Shown here piece after piece: positions 29,787 through 39,958 of a stretch of 64,000 nt of DNA; the stretch's first letter is position 1; the number at the start of each line of letters is the position of its first letter. Made by a program: the position numbers and the translations under genes. The stretch covers positions 1,141-65,140 of the forward strand of contig JBEBVG010000002.1 of assembly GCA_040392845.1 (NCBI GenBank), read 5' to 3'. The stretch is from Sphingobacterium sp. (GTDB lineage: Bacteria; Bacteroidota; Bacteroidia; Sphingobacteriales; Sphingobacteriaceae). The notes below the pieces were generated by a model. That model did no database searches. It was not told the DNA's origin and worked only from the letters and a program-made list of their open reading frames with translations.

Positions 29787-30881
29787 ATGAAAATAAGAGA
29801 TCTCACACAATATCTGGAAACAGTCGCTCCATTATCCTATCAGGAATCGTACGATAATTCCGGTTTGATTGTCGGGCACGAAGATGATGAAATTTCAAAA
29901 GCCTTGATTTCATTAGATTGCACGGAGGAGGTTGTGCAGGAGGCGATTGATAAAGGCTGTGATATCATTGTTTCGCACCACCCGATTATTTTTAAGGGAT
30001 TAAAAAAGCTGAATGGACATACCTATGTAGAACGTACGGTAATTAAAGCAATTCGGAACGGTATAGCTATCTACGCTATTCACACTAATTTGGACAATGT
30101 ACTAGGGGGTGTAAGCTCGAAAATTGCGGAGCGTCTGGGATTAGAAAATCAAGCTGTTTTAAGTCCCAAGGCTGGATTGCTCAAAAAACTGATAGTCTAT
30201 GTTCCCCGGACACATGTAGATGTAGTACGTCAAAGTTTATTTGACGCAGGCGCTGGATATATCGGCGGTTACGATCAATGTAGTTATAATAGTGCGGGCT
30301 ATGGAACATTCAGACCATTAGAAGGGGCCAATCCGACTATCGGGAAGGTAGGAGAACAAGAGCGTGTAGAAGAGACTAAGATAGAAGTTATCTACCCCGC
30401 TCATATCGAACGGGGAATAATTGTCGCTATGTTAGCTACACATCCTTATGAGGAGGTTGCGCATCACATCTATACGCTTGACAACAAATTACAAGCTGTA
30501 GGATCGGGAGTGATTGGTAATCTTCCAGTTCCACAGGGCGGTCCTGCTTTTTTGGCATTTCTCAAAGAGCGGCTGAACCTACAGGTTATTCGTCATACAC
30601 CTCTGGTAGATAAACCTATAATACGTGTAGCCGTTTGTGGAGGTGCCGGAGGGTTCCTGTTGCGGGATGCTATACGTTCGGGAGCTGATATTTTTGTTAG
30701 TGCAGACCATAAGTATCACGACTTTTTTGAGGCGGATGGTCGGATTGTCATTGCGGATATCGGGCATTACGAAAGTGAACAATTTACGCAAGATTTATTG
30801 TTGGAGATTATTCAGAAAAAATTTGCTAACTTTGCTGTCTTATTAACGGAAACAGACACAAATCCCATAAAGTACTTTTAA
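29787..30881 (+). CDS. Nif3-like dinuclear metal-centre hexameric protein
   Basis: QESYDNSGL, HHPIIF, HTNLD, HPYEE, HYESE. Confidence 0.93.
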   Translation: MKIRDLTQYLETVAPLSYQESYDNSGLIVGHEDDEISKALISLDCTEEVVQEAIDKGCDIIVSHHPIIFKGLKKLNGHTYVERTVIKAIRNGIAIYAIHTNLDNVLGGVSSKIAERLGLENQAVLSPKAGLLKKLIVYVPRTHVDVVRQSLFDAGAGYIGGYDQCSYNSAGYGTFRPLEGANPTIGKVGEQERVEETKIEVIYPAHIERGIIVAMLATHPYEEVAHHIYTLDNKLQAVGSGVIGNLPVPQGGPAFLAFLKERLNLQVIRHTPLVDKPIIRVAVCGGAGGFLLRDAIRSGADIFVSADHKYHDFFEADGRIVIADIGHYESEQFTQDLLLEIIQKKFANFAVLLTETDTNPIKYF

Positions 30882-31618
30882 TGGAACAGACTGTAGAACA
30901 AAAATTAGAATCATTGTGGGCCTTACAGGTAATCCACACCAAAATAGATAAGATTCGTCAGGTACGTGGCGAGCTTCCTATAGAAGTGGCTGACTTAGAA
31001 GACGAAATTGCAGGCCTTGAAACTCGTTTGGAGAAAATTCGTATCGAATTAGACGATTTGGAAGATTCGATCGTCAAGCGAAAAAATATGATTAAAGAGG
31101 CGGAGGCTGCAATTAAAAAGTACGAGGGCCAGCTTAACGAGGTTAAGAACAACCGGGAATACGATGCTATAACAAAAGAGATCGAAATCCAGGGATTGGA
31201 AATTCAAGTATGTGAAAAACGTATCAAAGAAGCGGAGTTTGAAATAAAAAATAAAACAGAAGCTTATGAGAAGACGCAAGGTAACATGGAGTTCAGCAGA
31301 GGCGAGTTAGACGTCAAAAAGCAAGAACTAAATACTATTACTTCAGAAACTCAAATTGATGAAGAAGCTTTGTTAAATAAAGCTGAATCTGCTTCGAAGG
31401 GGATTGAAGATCGTCTTTTGAAAGTATATAATAAGCTTCGTAGATCTTTTCGCAATGGATTGGCAGTTGTATCTATCGAAAGAGATAGTTGTTCGGGGTG
31501 TCATAACAAGATACCACCACAATTGCAGTCTGAAATTCGCCAACGTAAGAAGATCATTATCTGTGAACACTGTGGACGTGTTCTCGTGGATGAAATGATC
31601 GCATCAGAAGAAGCATAA
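30881..31618 (+). CDS. Coiled-coil C4 zinc-ribbon protein (DUF164/CT398-like)
   Basis: Long coiled coil plus CSGC...CEHCGRVL; conserved partner of Nif3. Confidence 0.9.
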   Translation: MEQTVEQKLESLWALQVIHTKIDKIRQVRGELPIEVADLEDEIAGLETRLEKIRIELDDLEDSIVKRKNMIKEAEAAIKKYEGQLNEVKNNREYDAITKEIEIQGLEIQVCEKRIKEAEFEIKNKTEAYEKTQGNMEFSRGELDVKKQELNTITSETQIDEEALLNKAESASKGIEDRLLKVYNKLRRSFRNGLAVVSIERDSCSGCHNKIPPQLQSEIRQRKKIIICEHCGRVLVDEMIASEEA

Positions 31619-31621
31619 AAA

Positions 31622-31654
31622 ATAAAAAAACCGGACATTGTTCGGTTTTTTTAT
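31622..31654 (+). terminator. Rho-independent terminator
   Basis: AAAAAAACCGGAC-att-GTTCGGTTTTTTT. Confidence 0.75.
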
Positions 31655-31705
31655 AACCTATAGTCTTTTAATCGATATGCGATAACAGTATTATCTTTAT
31701 TGGAT

Positions 31706-32563
31706 ATGAATGAATACGCTAGAACGATGAATGCCTCTTGGCTATCCCTTTTCATCTTATTAGGACTAACATTGGTTTTCAGTATAGCCGTGCAGTTTGC
31801 AGTAATAAGTATAGGCTCTCTATCTATCTATATATTGCTGGTAGCTGGAACCTTGGGTGCATTCCTCTTCCCATCTCTTGGTTTACAGCATCTTGAAAAA
31901 TATTTTGTTTATTTTCCACAGCAGCGGCAAAGCAAAGCGATATATCTTGTAGCCGGTCTTTTTTTATTTGTGTGCGGTCCTCTGATGCAACTTTTGGCAA
32001 AGTGGAATGCAGATCTATCGCTACCTTCATCTTTGCAGGCTTTGGAAAGATGGATGAAAGCGCAGGAGGAAAGCATGGCATTGTTGACCGAACAAGTTGT
32101 AATGGTCGATGATTTATCGTTTTTGTTTCTTAATCTTGTTGTCATGGCCGTATTGCCTGCTATCGCCGAGGAGTTTTATTTTAGAGGCTCCCTTATGCAT
32201 ATTGTGCAGCGTATGGTGCAGAACAACCATTTAACAGTCTGGATTACGGCAATTGTGTTCAGCGCTATCCATCTACAGTTTTATGGTTTTTTCCCCAGAT
32301 TGATGTTGGGGGTATTCTTTGGCTATATGCTAGTATGGACTCAAAATATATGGATTCCGGTATTAGGACATTTTATTAATAATGCATCAGTGACAATTAT
32401 GGCTTATTATTATGCGAGACAAGGTAAAACTTACCAAGACTTACAACATTATGAGACCTATCCTATAATTGTGTATATTGGTAGCTTTATTCTGACAGGT
32501 TTACTTGGATATTGGTTATGGAGAAAGACTGGATTAAGATACAGGCATATGAAAACGCTATAA
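31706..32563 (+). CDS. CPBP (Abi/CAAX) intramembrane glutamic endopeptidase
   Basis: EEFYFRG, FSAIH, HFINN motifs. Confidence 0.9.
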   Translation: MNEYARTMNASWLSLFILLGLTLVFSIAVQFAVISIGSLSIYILLVAGTLGAFLFPSLGLQHLEKYFVYFPQQRQSKAIYLVAGLFLFVCGPLMQLLAKWNADLSLPSSLQALERWMKAQEESMALLTEQVVMVDDLSFLFLNLVVMAVLPAIAEEFYFRGSLMHIVQRMVQNNHLTVWITAIVFSAIHLQFYGFFPRLMLGVFFGYMLVWTQNIWIPVLGHFINNASVTIMAYYYARQGKTYQDLQHYETYPIIVYIGSFILTGLLGYWLWRKTGLRYRHMKTL

Positions 32564-32736
32564 AGGCTGAAATGGACAAACAATTGCTCGAAGAGCATGG
32601 GATTCCTGCAATCATTTTAAATAAGCAAGATTCTTCATTGAAATTTGGTGGAATAGAATTGTATGTCAATAAAGCAATGAATCAAGAAGCGTTAGCATTA
32701 TTGGTGGAGTTTGATCAGCAAGGAGAGGAAGGATAA
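32518..32736 (+). CDS. DUF2007-like putative signal-transducing small protein
   Basis: W...KAEMDKQLLEEHGIPAIILNKQDSS..FG.IELYV pattern. Confidence 0.75.
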   Translation: MEKDWIKIQAYENAIKAEMDKQLLEEHGIPAIILNKQDSSLKFGGIELYVNKAMNQEALALLVEFDQQGEEG

Positions 32737-32737
32737 T

Positions 32738-33538
32738 ATGTTACAACGCACTATAACAGGTTTCTTTTTCGTTGTGGTATTAATCGGTGCAACCTTACTT
32801 GGCCCCGAAGTGTTTCTTGCTTTCTTCTCTTTGATCGGTATAGGATGTCTCTATGAATTCTATAGTATGGTAGCCAAAGAAAATATTAGACCCCAGATAT
32901 TTTGGGGTTTATTGACAGCTTCCGTATTAGGTTTATTAATAGGATTACACTGTATCGATACAATACCTTTTGTGAAGGTTTGGCTGATCATTCCTATGTT
33001 TCCAGCCTTGTGTATTATTGCGTTATTCCAAAATCGGGAGAGACCGTTTCATGATATTGCCTATACGAGTCTGGGAATAGGTTACGCTTTTTTGCCATTT
33101 TTGTTTTTTGTGGCATTGGGCTTTGTCCAGGGCTCCTTTAATCCATATATTCCCCTTGGTTTTTTGATTATTTTGTGGTCCAATGATACGGGAGCCTATC
33201 TGGCGGGAAGAAGTTTCGGTAGACATAAATTGTTTGAAAGAATATCCCCCAATAAGACTTGGGAAGGTTTTATTGGGGGGCTAACCCTTGCTTTGCTGAT
33301 TGCTATTAATCTGGCGCAGTATTTTGAAGGTTTGACGCAAGGGCAATGGGCTTGTATGGCGATAATTATAGGAGTATTCGGTACGTTAGGCGATTTGGTT
33401 GAATCTATGTTTAAGCGGAGCTTGGACCTAAAAGATTCAGGACATATTCTTCCCGGACATGGCGGCCTGATGGATCGGTTTGATGGACTCCTCCTGGCAG
33501 CCCCTTTAGTGTTTTTATTTTTACTATTTCTTCAATGA
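32738..33538 (+). CDS. cdsA: Phosphatidate cytidylyltransferase
   Basis: WSNDTGAY, ISPNKTWEG, GDLVESMFKR...KDSG.ILPGHGGLMDRFD. Confidence 0.95.
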   Translation: MLQRTITGFFFVVVLIGATLLGPEVFLAFFSLIGIGCLYEFYSMVAKENIRPQIFWGLLTASVLGLLIGLHCIDTIPFVKVWLIIPMFPALCIIALFQNRERPFHDIAYTSLGIGYAFLPFLFFVALGFVQGSFNPYIPLGFLIILWSNDTGAYLAGRSFGRHKLFERISPNKTWEGFIGGLTLALLIAINLAQYFEGLTQGQWACMAIIIGVFGTLGDLVESMFKRSLDLKDSGHILPGHGGLMDRFDGLLLAAPLVFLFLLFLQ

Positions 33539-33539
33539 T

Positions 33540-34202
33540 ATGAATATACAGCGGGCTACCTTTGATTTTCTGGCAAATCTCAAAGAGAACAACAATCGGG
33601 AGTGGTTTCAGGAAAATAGACAAAATTATCTTCTGGCGCAGGAAAACGTTAAACTCTTTATCACGGAGATGATTACGGGCTTGACGACGTTTGATCCAAA
33701 CATTAATACGGACATCAATGCGGCTAAATGTATGTTCAGAATTTATAGAGATGTGCGTTTTGCTAAGGATAAATCTCCCTATAAAAGCTGGTTAGCTGCT
33801 GGAATTTCCATAGATGGACGGAAACTGGAAGGACCGGAATATTATATACACATAGAACCGGAGGCCTCCTTTATCGCCTGTGGCTACTGGCGTCCGAAAA
33901 AAGAGCATCTGGATGCTATACGCCAGGAAATAGACTATAATACAGAGGGATTGACAAAGGCTTTGGCAGCAGGACAGTGGACAGTAGAAGACTTATCAGA
34001 AGAAGATAAATTATCGAGACCTCCTGCAGGCTATACCGCTGACGATCCCAACATTGAGTTGCTTAAGCTGAAAAGTTTTATTATTCACAGACCTTTATCG
34101 AACAAGTTGTTGATCGACCACAATGCATTACAGGAAGTTCTTACTACCTGCCAAAGAATATATCCTTTTAAAAAATATTTGCATGAAGCGATAGCGATCT
34201 AA
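33540..34202 (+). CDS. DUF2461 (TIGR02453) protein
   Basis: NNNREWF, FRIYRDVRFAKDKSPYK. Confidence 0.88.
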   Translation: MNIQRATFDFLANLKENNNREWFQENRQNYLLAQENVKLFITEMITGLTTFDPNINTDINAAKCMFRIYRDVRFAKDKSPYKSWLAAGISIDGRKLEGPEYYIHIEPEASFIACGYWRPKKEHLDAIRQEIDYNTEGLTKALAAGQWTVEDLSEEDKLSRPPAGYTADDPNIELLKLKSFIIHRPLSNKLLIDHNALQEVLTTCQRIYPFKKYLHEAIAI

Positions 34203-35389
34203 TAAGGAAAGCTAATTTTTCCCATACATACTGCAGGTGAATCCTTGATATGTCGAACGTTTTCAGGACTTCCTGTAACGGTTTCATTCGCTAATAAAGC
34301 AAAAAGACATGCCTCTTTAGCATCAGGATTCATGTTCAAAGCAGACACATCCGTAAGATTGATTTCTTTTGCTAATCCATTTCGGATATGATTCATGAGT
34401 GTGACGTTATAGACACCTCCTCCACTGCAATAGACACTTGTTGGTGTAAGTTCTGTCGCGATCTGTTGAATCCCCCGACAGATACATTGTGCTGAGAAAG
34501 CATTTAACGTTGCTAAGATATCGGCGTGCGGGAGGTGCAAGCTTCCCATTTTTTTATGGAGATAATCTAAGTTGAATAACTCAACACCAGTTGTTTTCGG
34601 GAAATCCAGTTGGAAGAAAGGGTCATCAAGTAAATTCTGCAGCAGATGCCTGTTAATTACTCCTCTAGCTGCTAAAGCACCGTTCTTATCCATGTCTTTA
34701 CCATAATATTCGACCATATATTGATTCATTATTGTATTTCCAGGGCCGAGGTCCGTAGCAAAGGCGGAGGAATTGTCATTCTTGCGTGGAAGAAACGTAA
34801 GGTTAGCAATACCACCAATATTCAGTAGAATTCTATTTTCGATACTATCTGTATACAGCAGATAATCTCCGTATGCTGCCAGCGGAGCCCCTTCACCTCC
34901 GGCAGCAATATGTTTCTGTCGGAAATCGGAAATTGTAATGATCCCAGTCCGGACAGCTAAATGGTCGCCATCGCCGATTTGTAATGTACTGTTCGGTAAG
35001 GTATTATCATTAGTCCAAGCCTGTGGAGCATGAAAGACTGTTTGTCCGTGACTGGCAATTAAATCAACGTCGTTAGGATTGATCTGCCATGTGGATAAAG
35101 TTTCACAGACAAACTGCGCATGTATACGTCCGATATAGGCATGTAGTCCACATAACTTTTGTTGATCTATTGTTTTTTTCGCAAAGATCTCACGAATTTT
35201 TATGCGGAAGTCTGCGGTATAGGGTTTTGTTGCAAAATGTAATAGCTCAAGTTTCGTACTCATACCGCTTCCGTGAATACGGCACAAAGCAATATCCAGC
35301 CCGTCCAGTGATGTTCCGGACATAAGTCCGAGGATTAATCGACTGCCCTTTTTGCTTATGTGGTAGAGTTTCGATATCTGCGTATTCAT
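34199..35389 (-). CDS. anmK: Anhydro-N-acetylmuramic acid kinase
   Basis: GLMSGTSLDGLD, SHGQT, DFR..HIAAGGEGAPL, NIGGIAN, GPGN, KEA. Confidence 0.95.
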   Translation of the reverse strand: MNTQISKLYHISKKGSRLILGLMSGTSLDGLDIALCRIHGSGMSTKLELLHFATKPYTADFRIKIREIFAKKTIDQQKLCGLHAYIGRIHAQFVCETLSTWQINPNDVDLIASHGQTVFHAPQAWTNDNTLPNSTLQIGDGDHLAVRTGIITISDFRQKHIAAGGEGAPLAAYGDYLLYTDSIENRILLNIGGIANLTFLPRKNDNSSAFATDLGPGNTIMNQYMVEYYGKDMDKNGALAARGVINRHLLQNLLDDPFFQLDFPKTTGVELFNLDYLHKKMGSLHLPHADILATLNAFSAQCICRGIQQIATELTPTSVYCSGGGVYNVTLMNHIRNGLAKEINLTDVSALNMNPDAKEACLFALLANETVTGSPENVRHIKDSPAVCMGKISFPY

Positions 35390-35492
35390 TTCATCTATTT
35401 ATATTTTGTTCTCCTGTCAGGTTTATAAAATTAAGGATATTCCCTTTTGGAATATCAAGGGATAATCATATTTTTGAGAAAAAAAGAAGAAA

Positions 35493-35873
35493 ATGAATTT
35501 CCCAGTAGAATTAAAATACACAAAAGACCACGAATGGGTGCGTATAGAGGGCGATGAGGCCATCATTGGTATCACAGACTTTGCCCAGCGTGAATTGGGT
35601 GATATCGTATTTGTAGACATCAATACTGTAGGGGAGGATGTGGCTGCTAATGAAGTTTTTGGAACGATTGAAGCTGTTAAAACGGTATCTGATTTATTTA
35701 TGCCTGTATCGGCAACAGTATTAGGAATAAATGATGCTATTGATTCTTCTCCCGAGCTAGTGAATTCCGACCCATACGGTGAAGGTTGGATTATTCGCGT
35801 TAAGTTGTCGGCACCTGAAGATGTTGATAAACTATTGTCCGCAGATCAGTACAAGGCAGAGATTAATGTGTAA
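35493..35873 (+). CDS. gcvH: Glycine cleavage system H protein
   Basis: YTKDHEW, GITDFAQ.ELGD, IEAVK (lipoyl Lys), NSDPYGEGW. Confidence 0.97.
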   Translation: MNFPVELKYTKDHEWVRIEGDEAIIGITDFAQRELGDIVFVDINTVGEDVAANEVFGTIEAVKTVSDLFMPVSATVLGINDAIDSSPELVNSDPYGEGWIIRVKLSAPEDVDKLLSADQYKAEINV

Positions 35874-35882
35874 TTATATTCG

Positions 35883-35940
35883 TTTTATCATAAAATAAAA
35901 ACAGCTTCTCATCGGAAGCTGTTTTTATTTTATGATAAAA
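35883..35940. terminator. Bidirectional terminator with 26-bp perfect inverted repeat
   Basis: TTTTATCATAAAATAAAAACAGCTTC-tcatcg-GAAGCTGTTTTTATTTTATGATAAAA between convergent gcvH and pdhB. Confidence 0.8.
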
Positions 35941-35953
35941 AAGACTAATTGTC

Positions 35954-36940
35954 TTACTTCTTCATATAAGATACCTCTTTTACCGCTTTCACGATTTTTT
36001 CGACATTAGGTAATGTTGCCTCAACCAAAGTAGGAGCATAAGCAAGAGGTACATCTGCAGAAGTTACTCTCGTCACAGGTGCATCTAAATAATCAAAAGC
36101 ATGTTTTTGAACATGGAAGCTTATTTCGGAAGAGATAGAGGCTAGAGGCCATGCTTCCTCAACGATAACCAAACGATTGGTTTTCTTTACGGAAGAGATT
36201 ATAGCTGCAAAATCGATAGGGCGTACCGAACGTAGGTCAATTAATTCCACACTCACACCTTCTTTCGTTAATTCTTCAACTGCTGGAATGACTACCCGGG
36301 GCACCATTTTACCAAATGATACAACCGTGACATCAGTGCCTTGTTGAATAGTATGTGCTTTGCCTATAGGTAGGTAATATTCTTCTTCAGGAACAGCGCC
36401 CTTGTCACCATACATAACTTCAGACTCCATAAAGATGACAGGGTCTGGATCAATGATGGCGGATTTTAACAAACCTTTTGCATCGTATGGATTTGATGGT
36501 ATAACTACCTTTAGTCCCGGAGTATTCGCATACCAATTCTCAAAGTTTTGTGAGTGTTGTGCTGCCAGTTGTCCCGCATTACCAGTAGGTCCACGAAAAA
36601 CAATAGGACACGAAAACTGTCCTCCGGACATCTGACGTATTTTTGCAGCTGAGTTGATAACTTGATCGATCGCAACTAATGAGAAGTTGAATGTCATAAA
36701 CTCTACAATAGGCCTTAGACCATTCATTGCAGCACCAATTGCGATACCGGCGAAACCAAGCTCAGCAATGGGGGTGTCAATTACGCGTTTGGCTCCAAAT
36801 TCGTCCAACATGCCCTGACTTACTTTATAAGCGCCGTTATACTCAGCCACTTCTTCACCCATTAAAAATATATTTTCATCTTTACGCATTTCTTCGTTCA
36901 ATGCTTCGCGAAGTGCTTCTCTGAATTGTATTTCTCTCAT
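35954..36940 (-). CDS. pdhB: Pyruvate dehydrogenase E1 beta subunit
   Basis: GEEVAEYNGAYKVS, DTPIAE, EFMTFNF, AQHSQ. Confidence 0.96.
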   Translation of the reverse strand: MREIQFREALREALNEEMRKDENIFLMGEEVAEYNGAYKVSQGMLDEFGAKRVIDTPIAELGFAGIAIGAAMNGLRPIVEFMTFNFSLVAIDQVINSAAKIRQMSGGQFSCPIVFRGPTGNAGQLAAQHSQNFENWYANTPGLKVVIPSNPYDAKGLLKSAIIDPDPVIFMESEVMYGDKGAVPEEEYYLPIGKAHTIQQGTDVTVVSFGKMVPRVVIPAVEELTKEGVSVELIDLRSVRPIDFAAIISSVKKTNRLVIVEEAWPLASISSEISFHVQKHAFDYLDAPVTRVTSADVPLAYAPTLVEATLPNVEKIVKAVKEVSYMKK

Positions 36941-37008
36941 CAGTTTTAAAATAGTTCTTTTTAAGAATACGCAAAACTACTATTTTAAAATGATATTTTG
37001 AAAAAGAA

Positions 37009-37641
37009 TCACCGTAGAAATGATGTAGGATAAGATATTAAGAAATTGGCGAGCCATTGGTTTAAGTTTTGGACAGCTAATGGAATGTCCCAGGCAGATT
37101 TGTCACGTATTTCCACATAGTTCGAGATCGATCGGACTTGCATACAGGGAACATTTTCTTTATGACAGACATAAAATATAGCTGCACCCTCCATGCTTTC
37201 AACTTGTACTTCCGGTAGCCGCCGTCGAATGCTTTCGATGGACAAAATGTTACCGTGTACCTTGTTTACGGTAATCGCATCCACTTGTGCCAGATTGGTT
37301 CGGATCCCATCTTTAGACTGGTTTGGCCAGGAAGATATCCCGAAACCTAGTTCATCAATGGTAATAAAACCATTTTCATCCTCTGCCCCTAGCTCGGAAA
37401 AGGTATCCTGAACCACTTCAATGACCGAACCGATAGCCAGGTGGCGCGAAAAACTGCCAGCAATACCTATGTTTAATACGTATGATGGAGTACAGCTATA
37501 TAATGCCTTTGTCAATGCGTGGGTAGTAGCCAACATGCCTACTCCCGTAATGATGTAGGGGATTTTATGCTCCATTAAGAAGGGAATGCTTGGCGCAATC
37601 TCTGACTCTGTTGCTACGACGATCAGGGGTTTTGGATACAT
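37009..37641 (-). CDS. mqnB: Futalosine hydrolase (PNP/MTA nucleosidase fold)
   Basis: VVATESEI, TGVG, NIGIAG, TVNKVHG, ESMEGAA, RSISNYVE.RD...W.I.LA. Confidence 0.85.
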   Translation of the reverse strand: MYPKPLIVVATESEIAPSIPFLMEHKIPYIITGVGMLATTHALTKALYSCTPSYVLNIGIAGSFSRHLAIGSVIEVVQDTFSELGAEDENGFITIDELGFGISSWPNQSKDGIRTNLAQVDAITVNKVHGNILSIESIRRRLPEVQVESMEGAAIFYVCHKENVPCMQVRSISNYVEIRDKSAWDIPLAVQNLNQWLANFLISYPTSFLR

Positions 37642-37695
37642 ACCTTTTGTTTTGGATTACTAAAATATAGATTTTTAGGATTATCTTTGTATATC

Positions 37696-38109
37696 ATGAT
37701 ATATATTACACGACGAGAAAGATTCTGTGCGGCGCATAAATTGCACCGCGAAGATTGGACTCCGGAACAAAACGAATCCGTATTCGGTTATTGCGCCAAT
37801 CCAAACTGGCATGGGCATAATTACGAACTGTTTGTTACAGTTAAGGGAGATATTAATCCTGACACTGGCTTTTTGATCGATTTAAAGACGATGAAAACTA
37901 TTATCCGCGAGAATATTGTCAAAAAATTAGATCATAAAAACGTCAACTTAGATGTTGATTTTATGAAAGGAAAGATGGCGTCAACAGAAGTAATCGCAAT
38001 GGAAATTTTCAACGTATTAAAACCTCTTTTTGACAAGGAGCAGGTAGTCTTGCACAGCATTCGGTTGACAGAGACAGAAAACAATTCAGTAGAGTATTTT
38101 GGTGATTAG
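37696..38109 (+). CDS. queD: 6-carboxytetrahydropterin/6-pyruvoyltetrahydropterin synthase
   Basis: FCAAH, CANPNWHGHNY, LDHKN, ETE. Confidence 0.88.
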   Translation: MIYITRRERFCAAHKLHREDWTPEQNESVFGYCANPNWHGHNYELFVTVKGDINPDTGFLIDLKTMKTIIRENIVKKLDHKNVNLDVDFMKGKMASTEVIAMEIFNVLKPLFDKEQVVLHSIRLTETENNSVEYFGD

Positions 38110-38117
38110 GATAAGTT

Positions 38118-38765
38118 ATGAATAACAAGAAAATAGGTAATCTTACAGATTTCCATGAAGAAGAAATCGATGGTTACGTAAAAATAGATCAATACAATAC
38201 AGACTATGTGGACCGAATAGCTCGTCATTACGTGGATATTTTAGATGCTTTGGGAGAAAACCCACACAGAGAGGGGCTTGTCAAAACACCCGAACGTGTG
38301 GCAAAAGCTTTACAATATCTGACACATGGTTATGATGTTGATGCCTCCGAAGTATTACGTAGTGCGATGTTTGAAGAAGAATATAGTCAAATGGTCGTGG
38401 TTAAGGATATTGAAGTTTATTCGATGTGTGAACATCACATGTTACCATTTTTTGGTAAGGCCCATGTCGCTTATATTCCAGATGGGCATATTGTGGGCTT
38501 AAGTAAAATACCACGTGTGGTAGACGTATTTGCACGAAGATTACAGGTACAGGAGCGATTGACGAATGAAATCCGGGATTGTATACAGGAAACTTTGAAA
38601 CCAGCAGGTGTTGCTGTAGTCATCGAATGTAAACATATGTGTATGGCAATGCGTGGCGTGCAAAAACAAAATTCGGTAACCACAACATCAGCTTTTACCG
38701 GTGCCTTCCAGAATGATGTTACACGCTCTGAATTTTTACGATTGATTACGGCCTCTTTGGATTAA
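38118..38765 (+). CDS. folE: GTP cyclohydrolase I
   Basis: [35 protein letters not shown]. Confidence 0.97.
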   Translation: MNNKKIGNLTDFHEEEIDGYVKIDQYNTDYVDRIARHYVDILDALGENPHREGLVKTPERVAKALQYLTHGYDVDASEVLRSAMFEEEYSQMVVVKDIEVYSMCEHHMLPFFGKAHVAYIPDGHIVGLSKIPRVVDVFARRLQVQERLTNEIRDCIQETLKPAGVAVVIECKHMCMAMRGVQKQNSVTTTSAFTGAFQNDVTRSEFLRLITASLD

Positions 38766-38782
38766 AAAAGTAAAGAAATTCT

Positions 38783-39418
38783 ATGATTTCAGGTGGAGAT
38801 GATATAAATGCATATTTAGAGGAAACTTGCGATCAAGAAAGTGCCTTGTTGAAAAAGATAAATAGGGAAACTTATTTAAAAGAAACAATGCCGCATATGC
38901 TGTCAGGGCATTATCAAGGGCGTGTACTAGCACTGCTTAGTAAGATGGTTTCACCTAATGTGATCCTGGAGATAGGAACTTTTACCGGATATGCGACATT
39001 ATGTCTGGCGGAAGGATTGCGGGAGGGGGGCAGGATTCATACCATCGACATCAACGAGGAACTAGAAGAGCGGGTGTCAGCCTATTTTGACGAATCTTCT
39101 TTTGGTTCACAGATATGCTATCATATAGGCGACGCTATAAATGTCGTACCGACGATTCCGGGTACATTTGATCTGGTATTTATTGATGCAGATAAGAAAC
39201 GTAACCTCATTTATTACGACTTGGTCATAGATCGAGTTCTGTCAGGAGGATTGATACTAATAGATAACGTGCTGTGGAAAGGTAAAATTCTGGACAAAAA
39301 GCCGGATAATCAAACAAAACAGATATTGGAATTAAATAGCGTATTGGCGAAAGATCAACGGATAGAGAAGCTGATACTGCCGGTACGTGACGGGCTTTTT
39401 GTGTTACGCAAAAAGTAA
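38783..39418 (+). CDS. O-methyltransferase (caffeoyl-CoA OMT/TrmR family)
   Basis: LEIGTFTGY, FIDADK, DNVLWKG, PVRDG. Confidence 0.9.
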   Translation: MISGGDDINAYLEETCDQESALLKKINRETYLKETMPHMLSGHYQGRVLALLSKMVSPNVILEIGTFTGYATLCLAEGLREGGRIHTIDINEELEERVSAYFDESSFGSQICYHIGDAINVVPTIPGTFDLVFIDADKKRNLIYYDLVIDRVLSGGLILIDNVLWKGKILDKKPDNQTKQILELNSVLAKDQRIEKLILPVRDGLFVLRKK

Positions 39419-39442
39419 TTGTTGGACTAAAAATAGAAATAT

Positions 39443-39949
39443 ATGCAACAATTTGTATGCAACAAATGGCTGTGGATGACGCTTCTGTATTTGTCGTGCA
39501 TATCCATTAGCTTTGGTCAGCAGCGATTTACACCGGCAACCTATATTGACGAATATAAGAATGTTGCACAACAATTAATGCTGGAGACAGGAGTGCCGGC
39601 ATCTGTAATCCTGGCAATAGCTATGCATGAAAGTGCCAACGGTAATAGCCGTATTGCAAGATACCTCAATAATCACTTTGGTATCAAAGGCAAAAACAAC
39701 AGCAAAGCTATAAAATCGGCTTATAAAGGATATGAGTCTACTTTGGCTTCTTATTGGGATTTTATCAACCTGTTGAAAAGAAGAAAGTCTGTCCAGTCCT
39801 TGTTTGAAGGGAATTCCGTTACGGATTATAAACCTTGGATCTTGGCGATAGCTAGGTCCGGATACTCTGCTACCAAAGACTGGAGACATAAAGTACTGGC
39901 CACTATAAGCAGGTACAATCTAAATGAATACGATCAAGGGGTCAATTAA
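39443..39949 (+). CDS. GH73 glucosaminidase-domain protein
   Basis: Signal peptide; PASVILAIAMHES, NNHFGIK, GYS. Confidence 0.85.
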   Translation: MQQFVCNKWLWMTLLYLSCISISFGQQRFTPATYIDEYKNVAQQLMLETGVPASVILAIAMHESANGNSRIARYLNNHFGIKGKNNSKAIKSAYKGYESTLASYWDFINLLKRRKSVQSLFEGNSVTDYKPWILAIARSGYSATKDWRHKVLATISRYNLNEYDQGVN

Positions 39950-39958
39950 TACATATTT

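Noticed and set aside
37009-37641. mqnB as an unusual pathway
   Set aside because: The futalosine route is already known in this lineage and the gene sits in a housekeeping neighbourhood.
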